Shown: piece by piece, positions 39,908 to 51,719 of the stretch
Numbering within the stretch: the first letter of the stretch is position 1
Layout of the letters: each line of letters opens with the position of its first letter
Assembly (NCBI GenBank): GCA_002189035.1
Contig: CM007990.1
Coordinates: 2,666,001 to 2,730,000, forward strand
Source of the DNA: Utricularia gibba
Lineage: Eukaryota > Plantae > Magnoliophyta
DNA: 64,000 bases
Direction of reading: 5' to 3'
Notes under the pieces: model-generated
What the model was told of the DNA's origin: nothing
Database searches by the model: none
What the model saw: the letters and a program-made list of their open reading frames with translations, nothing else
Program-made: the position numbers and the translations under genes

Positions 39908-42831
39908 TCATGGGTAGCTGATATCTGATTTCAGTTTGTGTAACCAAATATATTTATCAAGCCCCTGTAACCTATAGAAAGCAGAACAGCATAACTCGTC
40001 CCTTTCTAGGCACCGCAAATAAAGGTTGTAGTGCCTATCATGCATCCTATCAGCTAACGCAACATCTCTTACATCCATGTACTGGTATGGCATCGGGAAG
40101 ACAACGTTGTCATGCTGTGGCACAATAAGCAGGATGGCCTAAATGTCAGTAGGAAACATGCATACTAGACTGTTAAGTATCATTTTCTTATTATTTCTTA
40201 GGTTGTTTTTATGTTTAAATGTGATTAGAAGTGTCTAATTAGGAGTCTATAATGTGAGATTTGGGTTTTTATTTAGTTTAGGGTAATTATCCTAAATCTT
40301 GGATTTTATCTATTAATTTTACTAGTTTTAATTGAGTTTTTCTAGAGGCGCACACGTGGCAGAAAGTGAGAGAAAGAGGGCATCAGATGGCGACAAATTG
40401 GATCTTCTCGAGCTGACATTCCCTTGATTTCCGGAAGACTGTAGATGCCTAATCATGAGCCTTAACGTGCGGAACATGGGAGTCTCTAACAGGCGGCATC
40501 ATTAGCGTACCAGTGTCAGATGTTGCTTGCAAGTCATCCCAAGTTCAGCAGAATCATAGGGACACGAAAGCTCAGACTCTCAATGAAGTTCAGTTCTGTT
40601 CACACAAGTTTAGTTTTTACCTTCAGTTTAGTTTTCCCTTTTGTTTCTCTCTCTAGAGGAATTTTCCTCTAGCTTCTCTCTAGAACCTTGTTTCATTTTC
40701 TTTAGTTTGTATGGCCGTTCGCGGCTAGAAACTTCCATTTCTGGGTTGGAACACCCCCAAATCTATGTATCGTTAGCTTATCTTCACATTTTCTCTGAAT
40801 CCGAACAGGTGCAATTCGGCCGTGAGGGTACGCTGGCAGGACCTCTTATTCTCACGTTCGTCCAAGGAGGAGCAACATCGGGCTATTCCCGTGCCTTCTT
40901 GCAAGAGAGTGTAAGGGAGGGTAGACAATTCCTTACTCCTATAACCGAGTACTCGAGAGGACCAGAGAAGAGTGAAGACGCAACGAGCATAGCTGGACAG
41001 GATTCCAAACCCAGGAACGTTTACTTTATTTAAGGTTCATCGCTTACGTTCATTTTAGTTTTTTGCTCAAAACCCCTCTCATTCCCTTACTCAAGCTTCA
41101 TCATCAACGTTTCTCGCACCTTTACCTTCAAAACCGTTTACAAATCGTGACAGTTGTATTCGGGGTGCCTCACCTTTCACTCAAAAACAACTCCCTGTGT
41201 TCGACACCCGTACTACGCTTTTGTGTTTTACGAGTTTTAAAAGCATTAAAATTTGTTGTGGAAACGACACGCATCACAGACTATATGATCGCAGATAGAC
41301 TTAACTAGGTTTCTGATGGACTTGAACGAGGAGTCGTCAATAAGTAAGGTGTTGGTTGCATCATACCGACCCAAGAAACCTTCATCTTCCCCCCAAATCT
41401 GCGACAACTCCTTCAACACAGCAGCTTTTGACCTATTATCATGCACACGTACATGCGTTTAAGTGGTCTTGGATGCATCCCATATGAAAGCCAGCGAGGT
41501 GTCTGCATATGGCCCAAACACCCACTTGATGATCTCATGTAGTTGTGCACTATAGAATATAGATAGATGTTAGAGCATTAGATAGCAGCACATGCTCGGC
41601 AGATTTCATGGAGTGGGACTTATGCGCCCCTCGAAGACCATATACCGACATCAAAGTTTGCAAGACACCATTCGATGAACTCACGAGCAAAGGGCTTGAG
41701 GAAGACTGCCAAACCAAGAAAAAATGGATTGGTTGAACATGACACAGCCATGAGACAATGTTACGGTGTCTTACTATTTCTCCCATATATCACAGCATCT
41801 GGTTTCCGATGCAACCTTTGGTACTTGGCTTTGAAGACAATGTCTGCTAGCACTTCGTTGATGTCCAACACAAGGAGCTTGCGCACTTGTTGCCTGGGTG
41901 ATGAACTGGGGCCAGTGTATGCCCACCTACTTTCATACCAATTTAGCCTTGCACGTAGTTGGGCATTATCTTCTAGGATTCTGTCCACATCCACACTAGC
42001 AATTGGTTGCAGGTTGTCTTCCTCCACATTGCTCCCTACATCTTGTTGTCGATCAGATGCAAATGCTAGTGATATCTCTTCCTTAATGATCACGTCGTCA
42101 GCCTTTGATCGCTCGCGTATCACTCTTCCTTGACCACACCAGAAGTGGCGAGTACCAGCAGCGTCCACCACAGGGGGTACTATGTCACTCAATGCCTTAC
42201 TCTTTTCACTAAACATAGTCAACAAGGCATCCACCCCCTGCTTCGATAGTTTATCAAATCCTACAACATGGATAATAGAATATCATATATCACAGTACAC
42301 TAGCCATGCAACCATACTACATCACACATTACCCTTTGCCTTTCCAATTTTCTTGGAGGAGCCGAGAGTAGTTGGAATTCGGAGGTCTTCCGGTGGACAC
42401 ACCCAAATGAAGCTTGTCCACCATGCATCATATCCACTCCGAATAGAATTCACAAGTGCAATACCTGGCTTACCCTTCAGCAAGAAATGATTAGTTTTCC
42501 AGTTTCGAATGCACACACTTACAGCAAAAAAAACTGGTAGGGCCGGAGTAATTTGTTCCTCCATGCACACACTCAAAAACGCCAACACATGAGTGATTGA
42601 GTGGGGTGTCAGGTGGGACAATGGGACCTCCAAACATGCCAACAACTCGCATATGAATGGTGGTGGTGGCAAGCGAAGTCCACACCGAAAGTGTTCAGTG
42701 GACACCGAAAACCCGGTTACTCCCACCCTGGGTGGAACCACACCGTCAATTGTCTCATCGCTTGCCTTGTCCCATAGATTGTACGTTTCTGGGATGGCGA
42801 ACCGAAGTTGGAGTTTCTTGGAAGTAAGCAT
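39908..42831 (-). pseudogene. 5-exon chimeric gene: Transposase_28-like (Gypsy extra-ORF) domain plus FCP1/SCP-like HAD phosphatase domain, about 505 codons
   Basis: Exons 42831-42333, 42260-41775, 41705-41624, 41549-41306, 40114-39908 total 1518 nt in frame. Motifs GLRLPPPPFICELL...SHLTPHSI; RKLLVLDINEVLADI, FLKPFAREFIEWCLANFDVGIWSS, VLKELSQIW, NTLLIDDS, VVFP. Lesions: intron-3 donor AT instead of GT, one TAA in exon 4. Confidence 0.75.
40171..41276 (+). mobile_element. Athila-like family A solo LTR (A3) in intron 4 of the cargo gene
   Basis: TGTTAAG...GACACGCATCA; TSD TAGAC/CAGAC; internal deletion of roughly 240 bp relative to A1/A2. Confidence 0.9.
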
Positions 42832-43067
42832 TTCTTGAGATAGACAGATCAGAGGAAAGCAAATGGGGGAGGGACCATGCGGTTAAGGTGGGGACGGTGT
42901 GTCGTGCTTTGTAGTGTGCGGTGATTAGGTGCGTGGTGAAGGAGGGTGAGGACTGGGCCGGAGAGTTTGCTATGAGGCCCAAATACGCGAGGCCTAATAT
43001 TCATTCCGGCCCATGATTGCTCCAAGCACCTATTTCAAAGGTTGCGTTGTCTACAGCGTAGCTTCAA

Positions 43068-43855
43068 GGCACCGAGAGCGGCATTCTGCATTGCCTGGAA
43101 CTCATGTCTCCTAGACCCTGAGAGGAGCCTTTTACTTGAATTTAAATAAATAGGATATATATCAATTAATTAGGTATTAAAATAGTTAATAAAATTAAAA
43201 TCAAACTTAATTAATGTAAAAAAGTAGGTGATTTTAAATAAATTCATATGTATAAGATTAAAAAAAATCTTATGTAATCTCGAACTAATTTAAACCCATA
43301 AAGGAAACATTCTGTAAGTTATAATCTTAGATTTTGGTCTCGGTGTACCAGGCATCGCAAAAGTTGTCTCGGTGTCTACAAGACACCCTTGGTAGGCACT
43401 GCAAAACGCTGCTCTCAGTGTCTGAGAGACATGCATCCTAGGCACTGTAGAATGCCGCTCTCGGTGTGTGGAAGACACAATATTTTAATATTTTTATTAG
43501 CGTTCGATCCTTAGGTATCATTCGAATCGAGTGGATATTTGTTTATTTTAAATTTATATTAATGCTCGATCCAAAGTATATCTAAGAATCGAACGCTAAT
43601 GAAAATATTAAAATAACGTGTCTTCCAAACACCGAGAGCGGCATTCTGTAATGTCTGGGAGGCATGTCTCTCAGACACTGAGAGCGGCGTTTTGCAGTGC
43701 CTAAAAGGGGTGTCTTGTAGACAACGAGACAAAACTTTTGCGGTGCTTGGTACACTAGACTTCCAGGCACCGATAGCGGCGTATTGCGGTGCTAGGAACA
43801 CATTTCATCCAGGCACCGAGAGTAGATATTCACAGTGCCTAGAATGCAATTCTTC
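43068..43855. repeat. ~46-bp unit array in both orientations forming a long hairpin
   Basis: GGCACCGAGAGCGGC-type units at 43068, 43114, 43628, 43673, 43719, 43766, 43812 and reversed in 43335-43475; arms about 43341-43530 and 43575-43757 pair. Confidence 0.85.
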
Positions 43856-44173
43856 CAATGTACATGTAGATAGTGTAAAGCATGTAATAGTTGCACCCAG
43901 ATATATGAGTCAACAGTGTGTGGAAACATGAAGCATCCTTCAACCCTATCATATCTTTCCACTGCAAATTCTAGTTTCCAATGATTGTATCACATTTTTT
44001 GTGACAGCAGTCCAGCATAAATAAGGCAGTTCACCGTGGGAAATAACCCAATGTAAGAAGCAAATCATGTCTGGAATAACTGATGTGTTTGCATAATATG
44101 AATGCAACACAACGCAATGCTTATCAACTATTGGAAAATGAAGTAAAATGTCTTTAAGCCAATCAATAAAATA

Positions 44174-44456
44174 TCAGGATTGCGCAAACATTATCTCAGT
44201 CATTGAATCCCGCCACTGTGTCCACTCCTCTGAGTTTCCTATGGAGGAAATATGTTCATCATCTTCATATTCCTATAAATCCGGATTGCGGTACTCTTCC
44301 AGAATGACCTCTTCCCATGGATCAGTTGGCATTTCTCGTCGAATAAAATTGTGAAGCAGGGCACATGCGAGTATGATACGAGTTTGTGTTTTAATAGGAT
44401 AAAAACCATAACTTCGTAAAATACCCCACCTCATCTTCATTAGACCGCATGCCCTC
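44174..44456 (-). pseudogene. Harbinger DDE nuclease (HARBI1-like), C-terminal remnant
   Basis: GLMKMRWGILRSYGFYPIKTQTRIILACALLHNFIRRE...EEWTQWRDSM. Confidence 0.85.
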
Positions 44457-44609
44457 ACACGTGGGTTTTGTGAAACCAGCATCTGCAGGTTTAATTCGGG
44501 ATAATACAAACCCTTGTGTTTTACTAAACCACCCCAACAAACACATACAACACTTTTTACCCAAGGGTTTAGAGGTCTAAACCCACCTAACAAACGAGGC
44601 CTTAATCAT

Positions 44610-46500
44610 TTATAAATGTTTGTAGAAGTAGCTACTCAAATCCTCTTCTTTTATTAGTCTTATTTGAAGTGGAGGCATTTACGGTGTCTTCTACCTCCAA
44701 TCACCTTCTCAACCGGGCATCCATCTTCTGTTATACTCCAAAGGAAAACCAATCAGAACTTAAATTAGATTAGAGGATTTATAAGATAACACCATTTTAT
44801 AAAGAAGAAAGGGAAGGCACGATAATGTGACATCTCGAGACCCGCACACACCATCTTGACACTTGTCCATCATTAATTGAGTACACTTATATGCACATTT
44901 TCAAGGGCATTTATTCCTATCTATTTCAAAGAATGTTTGGAATACTTGAAGCTCAATTTAACCCCTTCTTATACCCAACGGATATAAGAATTAGCAAACA
45001 CAACTTAGAAACCTGATTGGGAGGTAGACTAAAGAGATGAGATAGGTAAGCTAGGACTTAAAGTACAATCATTCTATAACTGTATATCTAAAAAGCACAT
45101 TATATGCACCAGCTCTTCATGTTTCACCTCAAATTCTGCTATGCATTTTCGTTTGAATTTTGTTTTAATGGGTTTTATAAATTTCATCCGAAAATTCCTA
45201 ATTTTCACAATGTCATAAAAATTTACATTTATCATGCATGTCCCAAACTTGGTGCAAATGTTGAGAATCTTTGGGCACATCAATTTCTTCCAAGTCTTTG
45301 GAGTCTTCTGCCCCCTAAAAACCCAAACCTTCCTAAGGCTTCCAGTGACTAGATTATGATGGCAGCTTTACGTTGCTTCTCATTACATACATTTGCTAGG
45401 ATATCATTCAAAGAGACATACTTGTACACATATGAATGACATCCACGTAAGTCTCTAGTGGGTTAGTGATCAAATTATTGCCTAGGTTATTGGGACCTAG
45501 GCACTTCCTCAAGATCTCCACTCATTCCTTAAATTTCCTTGAAATTCATTATGCCATCTCTTCAAACTACTCTAGGAGGCTTCATAAAGACTCCTATTGA
45601 AAACTATGTCACATTAATCATACAACAAGGCCAACTAAGGGAGACTTATCAAAAGGAATAATCACAATACTAGATATCACTATAGCATCATAGGGTCGGA
45701 AATCTTTCAAGAGATCTTCCTTCGTAGTATGATTTTTAGAGCTTGATTGTCTCATTGTGAGCAGAGTGGCCTATGTGCAAGTGCTTTTTGTAATCTCTTG
45801 AACTTCTTCATATTTGTGTGGTGTTTCCAGCCCATGGTTTTTTCCCTTTAGGGTTTCTACATAACCTTTGTGTCGCGTGCCTTTCTCTACAAAAAAAAAA
45901 AAAAAAAACACATTGCATAACTCACATATAAGGCAAGATCATAATCTGGTGTTTCATGACTTTCTGAAGAAAGTTCATACAAATCAGTCAAGATCCTCTC
46001 ACGAATGCTAGCAACTCCTTTTGAACTCTTACTCTAGAACTTCTGGTTTAGTTTTTTTAAAGTGCGTTATCATATTCTAGGTAGAAAAGACAGCCAAAAT
46101 TATTAAAACAATGGATGGTTCTTGAAGGAATTGTTTGTAATCACTCCTAAATGTTCCCTTGTGGTATGAATGCAAACAATTGGCACCTCATTGATGACTT
46201 GGAGAGAAAAGGAATTGTATGCATACATGTGTGACAAGCAACTACTCTCTTTTTCATTGCCCAATAAGCCTCATGGCTTACTTCATGTGGTCTACCTTTT
46301 TTGGGTAAAAACAATAATTGACCCTCATAAATTAAGTAGTTTTCGAGAACCTATGGCTTCTAATAAGCACACTAGGGCTTTCTAAGTGTAAGTGTATCCA
46401 CCATGTGAGCAACAATGAACCAAGAATGGGATCTTACTCACGAGAATAAGCCTCTAGGCTCATTCTTTTATGATCTTAGGTATATTCAGTGTAAATAAAA
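44610..46500. mobile_element. Unclassified decayed LTR-retrotransposon remnants
   Basis: LTR-like motifs (CCCATGGTTTTTTCCC...AGGGTTTCTACATAAC near 45830-45860) and weak Copia-like translation near 46400; no termini resolved. Confidence 0.3.
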
Positions 46501-46871
46501 GGTGGAATAGAAGAGACCCTAGTTTTCTCTAAACCCCATAGGGTCACAGAATCAAATATGTCCAATTTGAATGATGAATAGGTTCAATTTACATTTCTAC
46601 TCCAAAAAAAGCTTAACTAGTGTGCTTTCTGATATTTTTCTTATTTTAATTCCAATAATCCTATCATTCTAATGCTGAAATAGACATAATGCATTAAAAT
46701 ATGACACAACGTCACATGGGCTGCTTATATTGCAGTGCGACTAGGTACTAGTGTTCCATTGGTGATATGTAAGGAACTTAATGCAAAGCAATTCATGATA
46801 AGTTTATATCTTCTTAGAACTATGGGCTCCTAAGCGAATTACGTATCTTTATATATACAATAGATTGCAAA

Positions 46872-47347
46872 TAGGGATGTTAATAGATTAGGTATTATAT
46901 GAACCCAATTGGTGTCGAAACTGTTTAAGACTTTATAAATTCAAATCGATAATAAATGATCCAAGTATGGATAAAAATTTGTAAGAGCTAAATATAAATT
47001 GTGTGAATCCATATTTGAGCTATTAAGAATCGTTTATCCGAACCCCAATTGATTATTTTATATTTTTTTATAAATAATTTTTTTATAAGATTAATTATGT
47101 AATATATTGTATTCAAATACATAAATTATTTAAAATTGACAACATAGATTGATCATTTGTATACCAACAAAATAAAATATAATTGAAATTTGAAGTGATT
47201 AGTATTTGGAACTGAACCAAAACCAATTAAGAATTGGACCAAAACCGAGTAAGAATAGAAATTGATAATCTGGGTAGGAATCAATTAATTGGGTTCGGTA
47301 TCAGTTCCTACTCGTACTGGACAAAACTTGATTCATGAACATGTCTA
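46872..47347. mobile_element. Old hAT-type MITE
   Basis: Ends TAGGGATGTTAAT / ATGAACATGTCTA; 8-bp flanks ATTGCAAA / ATCACAAA (6 of 8); internal AACCCAATT/AAACCGA-type repeats. Confidence 0.5.
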
Positions 47348-49559
47348 ATCACAAATGACCACATTCAAATAGAAAACCTTACATCAAATGATTACAGTAA
47401 TTATGCTTTTTTAGCCTCACTTACTTCATTGAAAAAATTAAAGATGCATCCTTTCTTGGGTTAATGCTGACTGACAAGTTTTAATGAAGTATTGTTCATA
47501 AAAAAAATAATATACATAAAAATAGTGAAATTGAAGTGCAAAAATTTTGATAGTATGTTTGAGCATTTGAGCAAATTCTTGAAAATTGCTAAACTATTTT
47601 ATGTAGTGAAATTTGTGATGGATGAAGAGACAAGTGTGTTTCAATTCCTATAATTTCTATCCAATACTTAGAAAAGTCTTATGATAATATCAAAAAACTT
47701 TGTCTAGTTCTCAACAAAAGTCTCCAAATCTGAGAATATCATAATGGATATGCAGCTAAGGGGGAAGTGTAAAGAAAAAAGGCCCAACAACCGCAATTTC
47801 GATTCAGAAGGTTCCTAGAGATCTTGCTAGTAGATAAAATTATTTTTATTCTATATGATTGTGAACCGAAGTCTCTAGAGAAACAAAAATAATAAAATGA
47901 GAGATATTTTGCACACACTTACAAGGATATTTTTTATGAACCAAGCACCCATGGAGGCAAGGGAGATGGAGAATGAAAGATTGACCTAATTGAATAATTC
48001 GAATTAATTTTAAGATTTGATGTTTTCGGGTAAAAGAAGTATTGTGAAAATAATATCAATTATTTGATATTTTCTTAATTTAACTTTACCTTTCATTTCT
48101 TTTTATCTTCTTTTTTCAATATAACTATGAAAATATTCTTATTTTCATTTTATAAGCTGTTTTATTACCTTTACTATGAATAGCTAAATTAGAAAAAATG
48201 GTTCGAGAAGCAAGGGGAGGAATTTTCATTTTTGTCTAGGTTTAAAAATGATAATGTGCAAATATAATTTTTTCTAACAATGCATAATAGATCTAGGAGG
48301 AGAAGATGAAAATACAACAAACTAAGAAAATCTAATCTAGAGCTAGATCAATGAATATTTTAATATTGTTATAGGTTATATATTAATAGAATTGGATAAA
48401 CCTATTATTTTGAACCTAACTAAATGGTAGAACAAATTGTAAGATGATCTAAAAAATTAAGAACTTAAAAATTAAAAAATAATAGAGATTGCTATTGATA
48501 AACTTAGGACAAATCAATAAATTTGCACATAACAATTTTAGGACTACAAATTGTGTGACTATACCACATGAAATTCTATAGCATTACATTTGTATTTTCT
48601 GAATTACAATTAGAATTTTGTTCTTTCTTTACCTTTATTTTTACAGTTTGTTAGTTTCACATTAATACCATGTTTGTTAAGTGGGTTTAAATAAAAAGAG
48701 TTTGAATTATTTTACTTTATTCTATCCCCCGAATAATGATTTATTATGAAGTTCAATTATATGGGATTACCAATTTTTTATGTTTGTTAGAAGGATTTAT
48801 GAATAGATATCGAACACCAAGAATGATGAATTCTTTAATATACTCTTAATATATATAATATATTATGTTAATACCCTATTTTAAACCCATATATAAAAAA
48901 GGTGAAAGTCATGGATTGGCAAATTTGAAACCCTCAACCTATGTAAATTTTGGTAATATCATGGATCTCCGATGCAAGTATTGAGGGAACAAGTTTGATC
49001 TACCATAGCACTGAAGACTACATTGAAATATTTTGACACTATCCAATCGCTTCACATAAATTCGAATTTTGTTGCCTGGTTTTCCTACGATGACGTAAAA
49101 TACCCAAAATAATGCAACCTGCTCTAGAACATCTGCACTTAAACATAAATTTTCAAGACAAGTACTTCTTGAATCAGATAATAAAGTTTGGTATGAGACC
49201 CGAATTCTCCTACAAATTTTATTTGATACAAAAATCTTTATTTATAATCATTAAGAAAAATTTTCATTTATTAGAGCATCTTTATCAATTTCCGGAAATG
49301 CTAACATGACATTTCCGGAAATTGAGTTATTGAGTTTACTTTATTAAGTTTCCTTTATTCATTTACGGAAATCATCATATTAAAATAATATTAAAATAAA
49401 GATTCCAAAATACATTTTAATTTTAAACATCAAAATTGATAAATGAAATGAAAATATTCAACAATCTAGAAATCAATTAAAATTGCCCAGATATGTTCGA
49501 CCAAATCATTTTTTAGGTTTCGGTGGATGCCGATATCACGTGAATGCTCTATTTGACTT

Positions 49560-51462
49560 AAATAACATTGCATACTCATCTCAGTATCCCTATAAAGTTC
49601 CGGTGGTTCGATAGTCATAGATCTTTCATATTCATTCATAGTATATTGTCTCTAGGAATGACATGGCCTTCATATTCTACAATCATATTATGCAATATGA
49701 TACCTGCATACATAATATCTCCTAAAGTTTTTAGATCCCATGCTCTTCTAGGAGACGATAATATTCCAAACCTACTTTGTAATATCCCAAAAGTGTGCTC
49801 TATGTCTTTTCTAGCACTCTCCTAGAATTGAGCATTGACCTTGTGGGAGTGTAATAAATTTCACAAACACAGCTCATTTTGGATAAATGCCGTCAACCAA
49901 ATAATATCCCATATTGTAATTATTACCATTGACAATGAATTGGACTCATGGTGCAATCCTATTATGTACTTCATTTAGTAAATGAGAATTCTATAAAACA
50001 TTGATGTCATTATTTGCACTTGGCATTTCAAAAAATGTGTGCCATATTCATGTATCAGTAGATGCCACCGCTTCTAACATGAGTGATGGTTTATGATGCT
50101 CTCCACGTGTAAATTGATCTTTCCATGCCACAAGACAATTTTACCACTCTCAATGTATGCAATCCACACTTCCAAGCATTCCTAGAAATCCCCTAATCTC
50201 GCCTAGGGGTGCAAACGAGTCGAGTCGAGCCGAGTTTTCTGGAAAATTTAGAGCTCGAGCTCGAGCTCGATCACACATTTTTAAGCTCAAGCTCGAGCTC
50301 AAGCTTGTCAAGCCTGGGAAAACTTGGCTTGAGCTCGGGCTCGATTCAAGCTCAAGCCCAACTAGAGTTAGCTCAAATTTTTTTATAAATTTTTTATTTA
50401 TATATTTATTATTTCAAAATTACTTTATAAAATTAATATCTAAAATATTATTTTTAATTATAATTATTTAAAAATATAATACAATTAATATAAAAAAACA
50501 AACTACAAAAAAAATTTAATTATATCATATATTCATTTTCAATAACATAATATGTATGGTTGAGATTCAATTTTATATTATTAGACCATTTTAAATATAG
50601 TAATTGATTTAATTTATTAAACAATAAAATATTATGCCTTTTTATTGTATAATTCACTTTTTCATATTGAATATATTTACTTGAAAGTATTTTAATTAAT
50701 TTTATATTATTAAAAAAATTTATAAAAAAACTTGCGAGCCAACTCGTGAGCCTCGAGCCTTGGAATATTAAGCTCGAGCTTGGCTCGACAATTGGCTCAA
50801 ACTCGATATTGGCTTGGCTCGAGCTCGATCGAGTCGAGCTGTAATCGAGTCGAGCTCGAGCCGGGTCGAAAAAGCTCACGAGCCGGCTTGACTCATTTGC
50901 AGCCCTAGTCTCGTCCCAAGCAAGCAAACATTCCAAGTCTTCTACTGTGGGTGATTGTAAATACTGTTCTGAAAAACAAGAGCGAATGGCAGTAACAAAA
51001 TGACGAATACACTTGATGGATATTGCCTCTTCAATTCGAATATATTCGTCAACACTATTAGCACTGGAACCATAAGCTGACAAACGCATAGCAGCTGTGC
51101 ACTTTTGTAAAGGCCTTAAACTTAGATAATTTGTGCAATCTACCTTGTCTTGAAAGTATGGGATCTTGATATTTTATAGTCTCAACAATTCTTTCAAATA
51201 AAAAGCATTTCATTCAAAATCTCCTGTGGAATTATTCATCTGTGCAAGTGGGGTTTTTGAAAAAATAATCAGCCACCAATCTTTCATTCCCTAATTCACG
51301 ATTGCGTTCAACTTGTTGTCATGGATGTCGTGGTCGAGAGGGTTCTTGTGGCTCCTCATGTGAGTCATTGAAGAAGAAATTATATCCTTCTTCAACAATT
51401 GCTTCATAATCTGTGACATCCTCAGCAAAAAAATGAAAAGGTTTGAGAAATGATGGATTCAT
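49560..51462 (-). pseudogene. Pong DDE nuclease, multiple stops, split by a MITE
   Basis: RLSAYGSSANSVDEYIRI...FSEQYLQSPT; RGFLGMLGSVDC; LMLEAVASTD...NNDINVL. Confidence 0.85.
50204..50907. mobile_element. hAT-type MITE with GAGCTC/CGAG subterminal arrays
   Basis: TIRs TAGGGGTGCAAACGAGTC / GACTCATTTGCAGCCCTA; 8-bp TSD ATCTCGCC / GTCTCGTC (6 of 8); removing it restores the nuclease frame WDEIRGF. Confidence 0.85.
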
Positions 51463-51719
51463 GGTAATAATTGAGTGAGGAAACCATATGAATACATGAA
51501 CCTTAAATAGACAAACAGACTAAATTTTGCCAACCACTTGTATTGCCACTAACTCTTTTAATTTGCACCAATTATATTAGTACCAATCCTTTTTATTTGC
51601 ATTTACCAACAAAATAGAGAAAGAAAATAAAAATAATGAAATACTTAATTCTGCACACATAGTTCAAATGAAAGAAAGACAAATACCAAACATAACATAA
51701 AACTTATCAATCATCAGAA

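Larger units (their letters stand above)
38183..44601. mobile_element. PIF/Harbinger DNA transposon, non-autonomous derivative with cargo gene
   Basis: TIRs GCCCTTGTTTGTTAGG (38183) and CCTAACAAACGAGGCC (44586-44601), 14 of 16 match; TTAA on both flanks; encloses a Myb/SANT gene and a nuclease C-terminus. Confidence 0.8.

Noticed and set aside
43068-43855. Regularly spaced repeats that might suggest a CRISPR array
   Set aside because: Units are contiguous and degenerate with no unique spacers, there are no cas genes, and the context is eukaryotic.
47755-48200. PPT-like AAGGGGGAAG followed by TGTAAAG as a Copia 3' LTR
   Set aside because: No partner LTR, end or coding domain could be confirmed.
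50520-51089. 189-aa ORF that looks like a novel fusion
   Set aside because: Pong nuclease frame reading through into the inserted hAT MITE.
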